Positions 49,401 through 62,100 of a stretch of 64,000 nucleotides of DNA are shown piece after piece. The notes under the pieces were generated by a model. That model saw only the letters and a list, made by a program, of their open reading frames with translations, ran no database searches and had not been told where the DNA came from. Made by a program: the position numbers and the translations under genes. Every line of letters begins with the position of its first letter. Position 1 is the first letter of the stretch. Source of the stretch: Eledone cirrhosa (lineage: Eukaryota); NCBI GenBank assembly GCA_964016885.1, contig OZ024741.1:10416001-10480000 (forward strand), read 5' to 3'.

Positions 49401-52400
49401 GTTGGTGGTGGTGGTGATAGTGGTGGAGTTCCTTGTGTTGGTGTTGTTGGTGGTGGTGGTGATAGTGGTGGAGTTGATGGTGTTGGTGTTGTTGGTGGTG
49501 GTGGTGATAGTGGTGGAGGGGGTAGTGTTGGTGTTGGTGGTGGTGGTGATAGTGGTGGAGGTGGAGGTGTTGGTGTCGTTGGTGGTGGTGGTGATAGTGG
49601 TGGAGGTGGTGGTGTTGGTGTTGTTGGTGGTGGTGGTGATAGTGGTGGAGCTGGTGGTGTTGGTGTTGTTGGTGGTGGTGGTGATAGTGGTGGAGCTGGT
49701 GGTGTTGGTGTTGTTGGTGGTGGTGGTGATAGTGGTGGAGGGGTAGTGTTGGTGTTGTTGGTGGTGGTGGTGATAGTGGTGGAGGTGGTGGTGTTGGTGT
49801 TGTTGGTGGTGGTGTTGATAGTGGTGGAGGTGGTGGTGTTGGTGTTGTTGGTGGTGGTGGTGATAGTGGTGGAGGGGGTAGTGTTGGTGTTGGTGGTGGT
49901 GGTGATAGTGGTGGAGGTGGAGGTGTTGGTGTTGTTGGTGGTGATAGTGGTGGAGGTGGATTGTGTTGGTGTCGTTGGTGGTGGTGGTGATAGTGGTGGT
50001 GGTGGTGCTGTTGGTGTCGTTGGTGGTGGTGGTGATAGTGGTGGAGGTGGTGGTGTTGGTGTTGTTGGTGGTGGTGGTGGTGATAGTGGTGGAGGTGGTG
50101 GTGTTGGTGTTGTTGGTGGTGATAGTGGTGGTGGTGGATTGTGTTGGTGTCATTGGTGCTGGTGGTGGTGGTGGTGATAGTGGTGGAGGTGGAGGTGTTG
50201 GTGTTGTTGGTGGTGGTGGTGGTGGTGGTGATAGTGGTGGAGGTGGTGGTGTTGGTGTTGTTGGTGGTGGTGGTGATAGTGGTGGAGGTGGAGGGGGTAG
50301 TGTTGGTGTTGTTGGTGGTGGTGGTGATAGTGGTGGAGGTGGTGGTGTAGGTGTTGTTGGTGGTGGTGGTGATAGTGGTGGAGGTGGTGGTGTTGGTGTT
50401 GTTGGTGGTGGTGGTGATAGTGGTGGAGGTGGTGGTGTTGGTGTTGTTGGTGGTGGTGGTGATAGTGGTGGAGGTGGTGGTGTTGGTGTTGTTGGTGGTG
50501 GTGGTGATAGTGGTGGAGGGGGTAGTGTTGGTGTTGTTGGTGGTGGTGGTGATAGTGGTGGAGGTGGTGGTGTTGGTGTCGTTGGTGGTGGTGGTGATAG
50601 TGGTGGAGGTGGTGGTGTTGGTGTCGTTGCTGGTGGTGGTGATAGTGGTGGAGTTGGTGTTGTTGGTGGTGGTGGTGATAGTGGTGGAGGTGGTGGAGTT
50701 GGTGTCGTTGGTGGTGGTGGTGATAGTGGTGGAGGTGGTGGTGTTGGTGTCGTTGCTGGTGGTGGTGATAGTGGTGGAGGGGGTAGTGTTGGTGTCGTTG
50801 CTGGTGGTGGTGATAGTGGTGGAGGGGGTAGTGTTGGTGTTGTTGGTGGTGGTGGTGATAGTGGTGGAGGTGGTGGTGTAGGTGTTGTTGGTGGTGGTGG
50901 TGATAGTGGTGGAGGTGATGGTGTTGGTGTTGTTGGTGGTGGTGGTGATAGTGGTGGAGGTGGTGGTGTAGGTGTTGTTGGTGGTGGAGGTGATAGTGGT
51001 GGAGAAGGTGGTGTTGGTGTTGTTAGTGGTGGTGGTGATAGTGTTGGAGGTGGAGGTGTTGGTGTTGTTGGTGGTGGTGGTGATAGTGGTGGAGGTGGTG
51101 GTGTTGGTGTCGTTGGTGGTGGTGGTGATAGTGGTGAAGGTGGTGGTGTTGGTGTTGTTGGTGGTGGTGGTGATAGTGGTGGAGGTGGAGGTGTTGGTGT
51201 TGTTGGTGGTGGTGGTGATAGTGGTGGAGGTGGTGGTGTTGGTGTTGTTGGTGGTGGAGGTGATAGTGCTGGAGGTGGAGGTGTTGGTGTTGTTGGTGGT
51301 GGTGGTGATAGTGGTGGAGGTGGTGGTGTTTGTGTCGTTGATGGTGATAGTGGTGGAGGTGGTGGTGTTGGTGTTGTTGGTGGTGGTGGTGATAGTGGTG
51401 GAGGTGGAGGTGTTGGTGTTGTTGGTGGTGGTGGTGATAGTGGTGGAGGTGGAGGTGTTGGTGTTGTTGGTGGTGGTGTTGATAGTGGTGGAGGTGGTGG
51501 TGTTTGTGTCGTTGGTGGTGATAGTGGTGGAGGTGGTGGTGTTGGTGTTGTTGGTGGTGGTGTTGATAGTGGTGGAGGTAGTGGTGTTGGTGTTGTTGGT
51601 GGTGGTGGTGATAGTGGTGGAGGTCGTTGTGTTGGTGTTGTTGGAGGTGGTGGTGATAGTGGTGGAGGGGGTAGTGTTGGTGTTGGTGGTGGTGGTGATA
51701 GTGGTGGAGGTGGTGGTGTTGGTGTTGTTGGTGGTGGTGGTGATAGTGGTGGAGGTGGTGGTGTTGGTGTTGTTGGTGGCGGTGGTGATAGTGGTGGAGG
51801 GGGTAGTGTTGGTGTTGTTGGTGGTGGTGGTGATAGTGGTGGAGGTGGTGGTGTTGGTGTCGTTGGTGGTGGTGGTGATAGTGGTGGAGGTGGAGGTGTT
51901 GGTGTTGTTGCTGGTGGTGGTGATAGTGGTGGAGGTGGTGGTGTTGGTGTTGTTGGTGGTGGAGGTGATAGTGCTGGAGGTGGAGGTGTTGGTGTTGTTG
52001 GTGGTGGTGGTGATAGTGGTGGAGGTGGTGGTGTTTGTGTCGTTGATGGTGATAGTGGTGGAGGTGGTGGTGTTGGTGTTGTTGGTGGTGGTGGTGATAG
52101 TGGTGGAGGTGGAGGTGTTGGTGTTGTTGGTGGTGGTGGTGATAGTGGTGGAGGTGGAGGTGTTGGTGTTGTTGGTGGTGGTGGTGATAGTGGTGGAGGG
52201 GGTAGTGTTGGTGTTGTTGGTGGTGGTGGTGATAGTGGTGGAGGTGGTGGTGTTGGTGTTGTTGGTGGTGGTGGTGATAGTGGTGGAGGTGGTGGTGTTG
52301 GTGTTGTTGGTGGTGGTGGTGATAGTGGTGGAGGTGGAGGGGGTAGTGTTGGTGTTGTTGGTGGTGGTGGTGATAGTGGTGGAGGTGGTGGTGTAGGTGA

Positions 52401-55080
52401 TAGTGGTGGAGAAGGTGGTGTTGGTGTTGTTGGTGGTGGTGGTGATAGTGGTGGAGGTGGAGGTGTTGGTGTTGTTGGTGGTGGTGGTGATAGTGGTGGA
52501 GGTGGTGGTGTTGGTGTCGTTGGTGGTGGTGGTGATAGTGGTGAAGGTGGTGGTGTTGGTGTTGTTGGTGGTGGTGGTGATAGTGGTGGCGGTGGAGGGG
52601 GTAGTGTTGGTGTTGTTGGTGGTGGTGATGATAGTGGTGGACGTGGTGGTGATAGTGGTGGAGGTGGTGGTGATAGTGTTGTTGGTGGTGGTGGTGATAG
52701 TGGTGGAGGAGGTGGTGTTGGTGATGTTGGTGGTGGTGGTGATAGTGGTGGAGGTGGAGGGGGTAGTGTTGGTGTTGTTGGTGGTGGTGGTGATAGTGGT
52801 GGAGGTGGTGGTGATAGTGGTGGATGTGGTGGTGTTGGTGTTGTTGGTGGTGGTGGTGATAGTGGTGGAGGGGGTAGTGTTGGTGTTGTTGGTGGTGGTG
52901 GTGATAGTGGTGGAGGTGGTGGTGTTGGTGTCGTTGGTGGTGGTGGTGATAGTGGTGGAGGTGGAGGTGTTAGTGTTGTTGTTGGTGGTGGTGGTGGTGG
53001 TGATAGTGGTGGAGTTGATGGTGTTGGTGTTGTTGGTGGTGGTGGTGATAGTGGTGGAGGTGGAGGTGTTGGTGTTGCTGGTGGTGGTGGTGGTGGTGGT
53101 GATAGTGGTGGAGTTGATGGTGTTGGTGTTGTTGGTGGTGGTGGTGATAGCGGTGGAGGTGGTGGTGTTGGTGTTGTTGGTGGTGGTGGTGATAGTGGTG
53201 GAGGTGGTGGTGTTGGTGTTGTTGGTGGTGGAGGTGATAGTGGTGGAGGTGGTGGTGTTGGTGTTGTTAGTGGTGATAGTGGTGGAGGTGGTAGTGTTGG
53301 TGTCGTTGGTGGTGGTGGTGATAGTGGTGGAGGTGGTGGTGTTGGTGTTGTTGGTGGTGATAGTGGTGGAGGTGGTAGTGTTGGTGTCGTTGGTGGAGGT
53401 GGCGATAGTGGTGGAGGTGGTGGTATTGGTGTCGTTGATGTTGGTGGTGATAGTGGTGGAGGTGGTGGTGTTGGTGTTGTTGGTGGTGGAGGTGATAGTG
53501 GTGGAGGTGGTGGTGTTGGTGTTGTTGGTGGTGGAGGTGATAGTGGTGGTGGTGGTGGTGTTGGTGTCGTTGGTGTTGGTAGTGATACTGGTGGAGGTGG
53601 TGGTGTTGGTGTTGTTGGTGGTGGTGGTGATAGTGGTGGAGGTGGTGGTGTTGGTGTTGTTGGTGGTGGTGGTGATTGTGGTGGAGGTGGAGGTGTTGGT
53701 GTTGTTGGTGGTGGTGGTCGTGATAGTGGTGGAGTTGATGGTGTTGGTGTTGTTGGTGGTGGTGGTGATAGTGGTGGAGGTGGAGGTGTTGGTGTTGCTG
53801 GTGGTGGTGGTGGTGGTGGTGGTGATAGTGGTGGAGTTGATGGTGTAGGTGTTGTTGGTGGTGGTGGTGATAGTGGTGGTGGTGGTGGTGTTGGTGTTGT
53901 TGGTGGTGGTGGTGATAGTGGTGGAGGTGGTGGTGTTGGTGTTGTTGGTGGTGGTGGTGATAGTGGTGGAGGTGGAGGGGGTAGTGTTGGTGTTGTTGGT
54001 GGTGGTGGTGATAGTGGTGGAGGTGGTGGTGTAGGTGTTGTTGGTGGTGGAGGTGATAGTGGTGGAGGTGGTGGTGTTGGTGTCGTTGGTGGTGGTGGTG
54101 GTGGTGGTGATAGTGGTGGAGGTGGTGGTGCTGGTGTTGTTGGTGGTGGTGGTGATAGTGGTGGTGGTGGTAGCGTTGGTGTTGTTGGTGGTGGTGGTGA
54201 TAGTGGTGGAGGTGGAGGTGTTGGTGTAGTTGGTGGTGGTGGTGATAGTGGTGGAGGTGGTGGTGTTGGTGTCGTTGGTGGTGGTGGTGATAGTGGTGGA
54301 GGTGGTGGTGTTGGTGTTGTTGGTGGTGGTGGTGGTGATAGTGGTGGAGGTGGAGGTGTTTTTGTTGTTGGTGGTGGTGATAGTGGTGGAGGTGGAGGTG
54401 CTGGTGTCGTTGGTGGTGGTGGTGATAGTGGTGGAGGTGGTGGTGTTGGTGTTGTTGGTGGTGGTGGTGATAGTGGTGGAGCTGGTGGTGTTGGTGTTGT
54501 TGGTGGTGGTGGTGATAGTGGTGGAGGGGTAGTGTTGGTGTTGTTGGTGGTGGTGGTGATAGTGGTGGAGGTGGTGGTGTTGGTGTTGTTGGTGGTGGTG
54601 TTGATAGTGGTGGAGGTGGTGGTGTTGGTGTTGTTGGTGGTGGTGGTGATAGTGGTGGAGGGGGTAGTGTTGGTGTTGGTGGTGGTGGTGATAGTGGTGG
54701 AGGTGGAGGTGTTGGTGTTGTTGGTGGTGATAGTGGTGGAGGTGGATTGTGTTGGTGTCCTTGGTGGTGGTGGTGATAGTAGTGGTGGTGGTGCTGTTGG
54801 TGTCGTTGGTGGTGGTGGTGATAGTGGTGGAGGTGGTGGTGTTGGTGTTGTTGGTGGTGGTGGTGATAGTGGTGGAGGTGGTGGTGTTGGTGTTGTTGGT
54901 GGTGGTGGTGGTGATAGTGGTGGAGGTGGTGGTGTTGGTGTTGTTGGTGGTGATAGTGGTGGTGGTGGATTGTGTTGGTGTCATTGGTGCTGGTGGTGGT
55001 GGTGGTGATAGTGGTGGAGGTGGAGGTGTTGGTGTTGTTGGTGGTGGTGGTGGTGGTGGTGATAGTGGTGGAGGTGGTGG
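44470..55080. repeat. Imperfect tandem pair of ~5.8 kb and ~4.8 kb blocks (junction ~50230)
   Basis: Matching ORF-track landmarks: 44586->50351 (5765), 45252->50972 (5720), 46696->52397 (5701), 48421->54035 (5614), 50141->54972 (4831). Shared variants include GTCGTTGATGTT and GGATGTGGT. Confidence 0.82.
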
Positions 55081-56199
55081 TGTTGGTGTTGTTGGTGGTG
55101 GTGGTGATAGTGGTGGAGGTGGAGGTGGAGGTGTTGGTGTTGTTGGTGGTGGTGGTGGTGGTGGTGATAGTGGTGGAGGTGGTGGTGTTGGTGTTGTTGT
55201 TGGTGGTGGTGGTGGTGGTGATAGTGGTGGAGGTGGTGGTGTTGGTGTCGTTGGTGGTGGTGGTGATAGTGGTGAAGGTGGTGGTGCTGGTGTTGTTGGT
55301 GGTGGTGGTGATAGTGGTGGAGGTGGAGGTGTTGGTGTTGTTGGTGGTGGTGGTGATAGTGGTGGAGGTGGTGGTGTTGATGTCGTTGATGGTGGTGGTG
55401 ATAGTGGTGGAGGTGGTGGTGTTGGTGTTGTTGGTGGTGGTGGTGATAGTGGTGGAGGTGGTGTTGTTGGTGTCGTTGGTGGTGGTGGTGATAGTGGTGG
55501 AGGTGGAGGTGTTGGTGTTGTTGGTGGTGGTGGTGATAGTGGTGGAGGTGGTGGTGATAGTGGTGGAGGTGGTGGTGATAGTGTTGTTGGTGGTGGTGGT
55601 GATAGTGGTGGAGGTGGTGGTGTTGGTGTTGTTGGTGGTGGTGGTGATAGTGGTGGAGGTGGATGGGGTAGTGTTGGTGTTGTTGGTGGTGGTGGTGATA
55701 GTGGTGGAGGTGGTGGTGATAGTGGTGGAGGTGGTGGTGTTGGTGTTGTTGGTGGTGGTGGTGATAGTGGTGGAGGGGGTAGTGTTGGTGTTGTTGGTGG
55801 TGGTGGTGATAGTGGTGGAGGTGGTGGTGTTGGTGTCGTTGGTGGTGGTGGTGATAGTGGTGGAGGTGGAGGTGTTGGTGTTGTTGGTGGTGGTGGTGAT
55901 AGTGGTGGAGGTGGTGGTGTTGTTGTTGTTGGTGGTGGTGGTGATAGTGGTGGAGGGGGTAGTGTTGGTGTCGTTGGTGGTGGTGGTGATAGTGGTGGAG
56001 GTGGTGGTGTTGGTGTTGTTGGTGGTGGTGGTGATAGTGGTGGAGGTGGTGGTGTTGGTGTTGTTGGTTGTGGTGGTGATAGTGGTGGAGGTGGAGGGGG
56101 TAGTGTTGGTGTTGTTGGTGGTGGTGGTGATAGTGGTGGAGGTGGTGGTGTAGGTGTTGTTGGTGGTGGTGGTGATAGTGGTGGAGGTGGTGGTGTTGG

Positions 56200-59100
56200 T
56201 GTTGTTGGTGGTGGTGGTGATAGTGGTGGAGGTGGTGGTGTTGGTGTTGTTGTTGGTGGTGGTGATAGTGGTGGAGGTGGTGGTGTTGGTGTTGTTGGTG
56301 GTGGTGGTGATAGTGGTGGAGGGGGTAGTGTTGGTGGTGGTGGTGATAGTGGTGGAGGTGGTGGTGTTGGTGTCGTTGGTGGTGGTGGTGATAGTGGTGG
56401 AGGTGGTGGTGTAGGTGTTGTTGGTGGTGGTGGTGATAGTGGTGGAGGTGGTGGTGTTGGTGTTGTTGGTGGTGGTGGTGATAGTGGTGGAGTTGGTGTT
56501 GTTGGTGGTGGTGGTGATAGTGGTGGAGGTGGTGGAGTTGGTGTCGTTGGTGGTGGTGGTGATAGTGGTGGAGGGGGTAGTGTTGGTGGTGGTGGTGATA
56601 GTGGTGGAGGTGGTTGTGTTGGTGTCGTTGCTGGTGGTGGTGATAGTGGTGGAGGGGGTAGTGTTGGTGTCGTTGCTGGTGGTGGTGATAGTGGTGGAGG
56701 GGGTAGTGTTGGTGTTGTTGGTGGTGGTGGTGATAGTGGTGGAGGTGGTGGTGTAGGTGTTGTTGGTGGTGGTGGTGATAGTGGTGGAGGTGGTGGTGTT
56801 GGTGATGTTGGTGGTGGTGGTTATAGTGGTGGAGGTTGTGGTGTAGGTGTTGTTGGTGGTGGAGGTGATAGTGGTGGAGAAAGTGGTGTTGGTGTCGTTG
56901 GTGGTGGTGGTGATAGTGTTGGAGGTGGAGGTGTTGGTGTTGTTGGTGGTGGTGGTGATAGTGGTGGAGGTGGTGGTGTTGGTGTCGTTGGTGGTGGTGG
57001 TGATAGTGGTGGATGGGGTAGTGTTGGTGTTGTTGGTGGTGGTGGTGATAGTGGTGGAGGTGGTGGTGTTGGTGTCTTTGGTGGTGTTGGTGATAGTGGT
57101 GGAGGTGGTGGTGTAGGTGTTGTTGGTGGTGGTGGTGATAGTGGTGGAGGTGGTGGTGTTGGTGTTGTTGGTGGTGGAGGTGATAGTGGTGGAGGTGGAG
57201 GTGTTGGTGTTGTTGTTGGTGGTGGTGATAGTGGTGGAGTTGGTGTTGTTGGTGGTGGTGGTGATAGTGTTGGAGGTGGTGGAGTTGGTGTCGTTGGTGG
57301 TGGTGGTGATAGTGGTGGAGGTGGTGGTGTTGGTGTCGTTGCTGGTGGTGGTGATAGTGGTGGAGGGGGTAGTGTTGGTGTCGTTGCTGGTGGTGGTGAT
57401 AGTGGTGGAGAGGGTAGTCTTGGTGTTGGTGGTGGTGGTGGTAATAGTGGTGGAGGTGGTGTTGTTGGTGTCGTTGGTGGTGGTGGTGATAGTGGTGGAG
57501 GGGGTAGTGTTGTTATTGTTGGTGGTGGTGGTGATAGTGCTGGAGGTGGTTGTGTTGGTGTTGTTGGTGGTGGTGGTGATAGTGGTGGAGGTGGTGGTGT
57601 TGGTGTTGTTGGTGGTGGTGGTGATAGTGGTGGAGGTGGTGGTGTTGGTGTTGTTGGTGGTGGTGGTGATAGTGGTGGAGGTGGTGGTGTTGGTGTTGTT
57701 GGTTGTGGTGGTGATAGTGGTGGAGGTGGAGGGGGTAGTGTTGGTGTTGTTGGTTGTGGTGGTGATAGTGGTGGAGGTGGTGGTGTAGGTGTTGTTGGTG
57801 GTGGTGGTGATAGTGGTGGAGGTAGTGGTGTTGGTGTTGTTGGTGGTGCTGGTGATAGTGGTGGAGGTGGTGGTGTTGGTGTTGTTGGAGGTGGTGGTGA
57901 TAGTGGTGGAGGGGGTAGTGTTGGTGTTGTTGGTGGTGGTGGTGATAGTGGTGGTGGTGTTGGTGTTGTTGGTGGTGGTGGTGATAGTGGTGGAGGTGGA
58001 GGTGTTGGTGTTGTTGGTGGTGGTGGTGTTAGTGGTGGAGGTGGAGGTGTTGGTGTTGTTGGTGGTAGTGTTGATAGTGGTGGAGGTGGTGGTGTTTGTG
58101 TCGTTGGTGGTGATAGTGGTGGAGGTGGTGGTGTTGGTGTTGTTGGTGGTGGTGTTGATAGTGGTGGAGGTAGTGGTGTTGGTGTAGTTGGTGGTGGTGG
58201 TGATAGTGGTGGAGTGGTGGTGTTGGTGTTGTTGGTGGTGGTGGTGATAGTGGTGGAGGTGGTGGTGTTGGTGTTGTTGGTGGTGGTGGTGATAGTGGTG
58301 GAGGGGGTAGTGTTGGTGTTGTTGGTGGTGGTGGTGATAGTTGTGGAGGTGGTGGTGTTGGTGTCGTTGGTGGTGGTGGTGATAGTGGTGGAGGTGGAGG
58401 TGTTGGTGTTGTTGGTGGTGGTGGTGATAGTGGTGGAGGGGGTAGTGTTGGTGTTGTTGGTGGTGGTGGTGATAGTGGTGGAGGTGGTGGTGTTGGTGTT
58501 GTTGGTGGTGGTGGTGATAGTGGTGGAGGTGGTGGTGTTGGTGTTGTTGGTGGTGATAGTGGTGGTGGTGGATTGTGTTGGTGTCATTGGTGCTGGTGGT
58601 GGTGGTGGTGATAGTGGTGGAGGTGGAGGTGTTGGTGTTGTTGGTGGTGGTGGTGGTGGTGGTGATAGTGGTGGAGGTGGTGGTGTTGGTGTTGTTGGTG
58701 GTGGTGGTGATAGTGGTGGAGGTGGTGGTGTTGGTGTTGTTGGTGGTGGTGGTGATAGTGGTGGAGGTGGAGGGGGTAGTGTTGGTGTTGTTGGTGGTGG
58801 TGGTGATAGTGGTGGAGGTGGTGGTGTAGGTGATAGTGGTGGAGAAGGTGGTGTTGGTGTTGTTGGTGGTGGTGGTGATAGTGGTGGAGGTGGAGGTGTT
58901 GGTGTTGTTGGTGGTGGTGGTGATAGTGGTGGAGGTGGTGGTGTTGGTGTCGTTGGTGGTGGTGGTGATAGTGGTGAAGGTGGTGGTGTTGGTGTTGTTG
59001 GTGGTGGTGGTGATAGTGGTGGAGGGGGTAGTGTTGGTGTTGTTGGTGGTGGTGGTGATAGTGGTGGAGGTGGTGGTGTTGGTGTTGTTGGTGATGGTGG

Positions 59101-62100
59101 TGATAGTGGTGGAGGGGGTAGTGTTGGTGTTGTTGGTGGTGGTGGTGATAGTGGTGGAGGTGGTGGTGTTGGTGTTGTTGGTGGTGGTGGTGATAGTGGT
59201 GGTGGTGTTGGTGTTGTTGGTGGTGGTGGTGATAGTGGTGGAGGGGGTAGTGTTGGTGTTGTTGGTGGTGGTGGTGATAGTGGTGGAGGTGGTGGTGTTG
59301 GTGTTGTTGGTGGTGGTGGTGATAGTGGTGGAGGTGGTGGTGTTGGTGTTGTTGGTGGTGGTGGTGATAGTGGTGGTGGTGGTGGTGTTGGTGTTGTTGG
59401 TGGTGATAGTGGTGGAGGTGGTGATAGTGGTGGAGGTGGTGTTGTTGGTATCGTTGGTGGTGGTGGTGATAGTGGTGGAGGTGGTGGTGTTGGTGTTGTT
59501 GGTGGTGGTGGTGATAGTGGTGGAGAGGGTAGTGTTGGTGTTGTTGGTGGTGGAGGTGATAGTGGTGGAGGTGGTGGTGTTGGTGTTGTTGGTGGTGGTG
59601 GTGATAGTGGTGGAGGTGGTGGTGTTGGTGTCGTTGGTGGTGGTGCTGGTGATAGTGGTGGTGGTGTTGGTGTTGTTGGTGGTGGTGGTGATAGTGGTGG
59701 TGGTGGTGGTGTTGGTGTTGTTGGTGGTGGTGGTGATAGTGGTGGTGGTGGTAGTGTTTGTGTCGTTGGTGGTGGTGGTGATAGTGGTGGTGGTGGTGGT
59801 GTTGGTGTTGTTGGTGGTGGTGGTGATAGTGGTGGTGGTGGTGGTGTTGGTGTCGTTGGTGGTGGTGGTGATAGTGGTGGAGGTGGTGGTGTTGGTGTTG
59901 TTGGTGGTGGTGGTGATAGTGGTGGTGGTGGTGGTGTTGGGGTTGTTGGTGGTGGTGGTGATAGTGGTGGAGGTGGAGGTGTTGGTGTTGTTGGTGGTGG
60001 TGGTGATAGTGGTGGAGGTGGAGGTGTTGGTGTTGTTGGTGGTGGTGGTGATAGTGGTGGAGGTGGTGGTGATAGTGGTGGAGGTGGAGGTGTTGGTGTT
60101 GTTGGTGGTGGTGGTGATAGTGGTGGAGGTGGAGGGGGTAGTGTTGGTGTTGTTCGTGGTGGTGGCGATAGTGGTGGAAGTGGTGGTGATAGTGGTGGAT
60201 GTGGTGGTGATAGTGGTGGAGGGGGTAGTGTTGGTGTTGTTGGTGGTGGTGGTGATAGTGGTGGAGGTGGTGGTGTTGGTGTTGTTGGTGGTGGTGGTTA
60301 TAGTGGTGGAGGGGGTAGTGTTGGTGTCGTTGGTGGTGGTGGTGATAGTGGTGGAGGTGGAGGTGTTGGTGTTGTTGGTGGTGGTGGTGATAGTGGTGGA
60401 GGTGGTGGCGTTGGTGTTGTTGGTGGTGGTGGTGATAGTGGTGGAGGTGGTGGTGTTGGTGTCGTTGGTGGTGGTGGTTATAGTGGTGGAGGGGGTAGTG
60501 TTGGTGTCGTTGGTGGTGGTGGTGATAGTGGTGGAGGTGGTGGTGTTGGTGTTGTTGTTGGTGGTGGTGATAGTGGTGGAGGTGGTGGTGTTGGTGTTGT
60601 TGGTGGTGGTGGTGATAGTGGTGGAGGGGGTAGTGTTGGTGGTGGTGGTGATAGTGGTGGAGGTGGTGGTGTTGGTGTCGTTGGTGGTGGTGGTGATAGT
60701 GGTGGAGGTGGTGGTGTAGGTGTTGTTGGTGGTGGTGGTGATAGTGGTGGAGGTGGTGGTGTTGGTGTTGTTGGTGGTGGTGGTGATAGTGGTGGAGTTG
60801 GTGTTGTTGGTGGTGGTGGTGATAGTGGTGGAGGTGGTGGAGTTGGTGTCGTTGGTGGTGGTGGTGATAGTGGTGGAGGGGGTAGTGTTGGTGGTGGTGG
60901 TGATAGTGGTGGAGGTGGTTGTGTTGGTGTCGTTGCTGGTGGTGGTGATAGTGGTGGAGGGGGTAGTGTTGGTGTCGTTGCTGGTGGTGGTGATAGTGGT
61001 GGAGGGGGTAGTGTTGGTGTTGTTGGTGGTGGTGGTGATAGTGGTGGAGGTGGTGGTGTAGGTGTTGTTGGTGGTGGTGGTGATAGTGGTGGAGGTGGTG
61101 GTGTTGGTGATGTTGGTGGTGGTGGTGATAGTGGTGGAGGTTGTGGTGTAGGTGTTGTTGGTGGTGGAGGTGATAGTGGTGGAGAAAGTGGTGTTGGTGT
61201 CGTTGGTGGTGGTGGTGATAGTGTTGGAGGTGGAGGTGTTGGTGTTGTTGGTGGTGGTGGTGATAGTGGTGGAGGTGGTGGTGTTGGTGTCGTTGGTGGT
61301 GGTGGTGATAGTGGTGGAGGGGGTAGTGTTGGTGTTGTTGGTGGTGGTGGTGATAGTGGTGGAGGTGGTGGTGTTGGTGTCTTTGGTGGTGGTGGTGATA
61401 GTGGTGGAGGTGGTGGTGTAGGTGTTGTTGGTGGTGGTGGTGATAGTGGTGGAGGTGGTGGTGTTGGTGTTGTTGGTGGTGGAGGTGATAGTGGTGGAGG
61501 TGGAGGTGTTGGTGTTGTTGTTGGTGGTGGTGATAGTGGTGGAGTTGGTGTTGTTGGTGGTGGTGGTGATAGTGTTGGAGGTGGTGGAGTTGGTGTCGTT
61601 GGTGGTGGTGGTGATAGTGGTGGAGGTGGTGGTGTTGGTGTCGTTGCTGGTGGTGGTGATAGTGGTGGAGGGGGTAGTGTTGGTGTCGTTGCTGGTGGTG
61701 GTGATAGTGGTGGAGAGGGTAGTCTTGGTGTTGTTGGTGGTGCTGGTGATAGTGGTGGAGGTGGTGGTGTTGGTGTTGTTGGAGGTGGTGGTGATAGTGG
61801 TGGAGGGGGTAGTGTTGGTGTTGTTGGTGGTGGTGGTGATAGTGGTGGTGGTGTTGGTGTTGTTGGTGGTGGTGGTGATAGTGGTGGAGGTGGAGGTGTT
61901 GGTGTTGTTGGTGGTGGTGGTGATAGTGGTGGAGGTGGAGGTGTTGGTGTTGTTGGTGGTAGTGTTGATAGTGGTGGAGGTGGTGGTGTTTGTGTCGTTG
62001 GTGGTGATAGTGGTGGAGGTGGTGGTGTTGGTGTTGTTGGTGGTGGTGTTGATAGTGGTGGAGGTAGTGGTGTTGGTGTAGTTGGTGGTGGTGGTGATAG

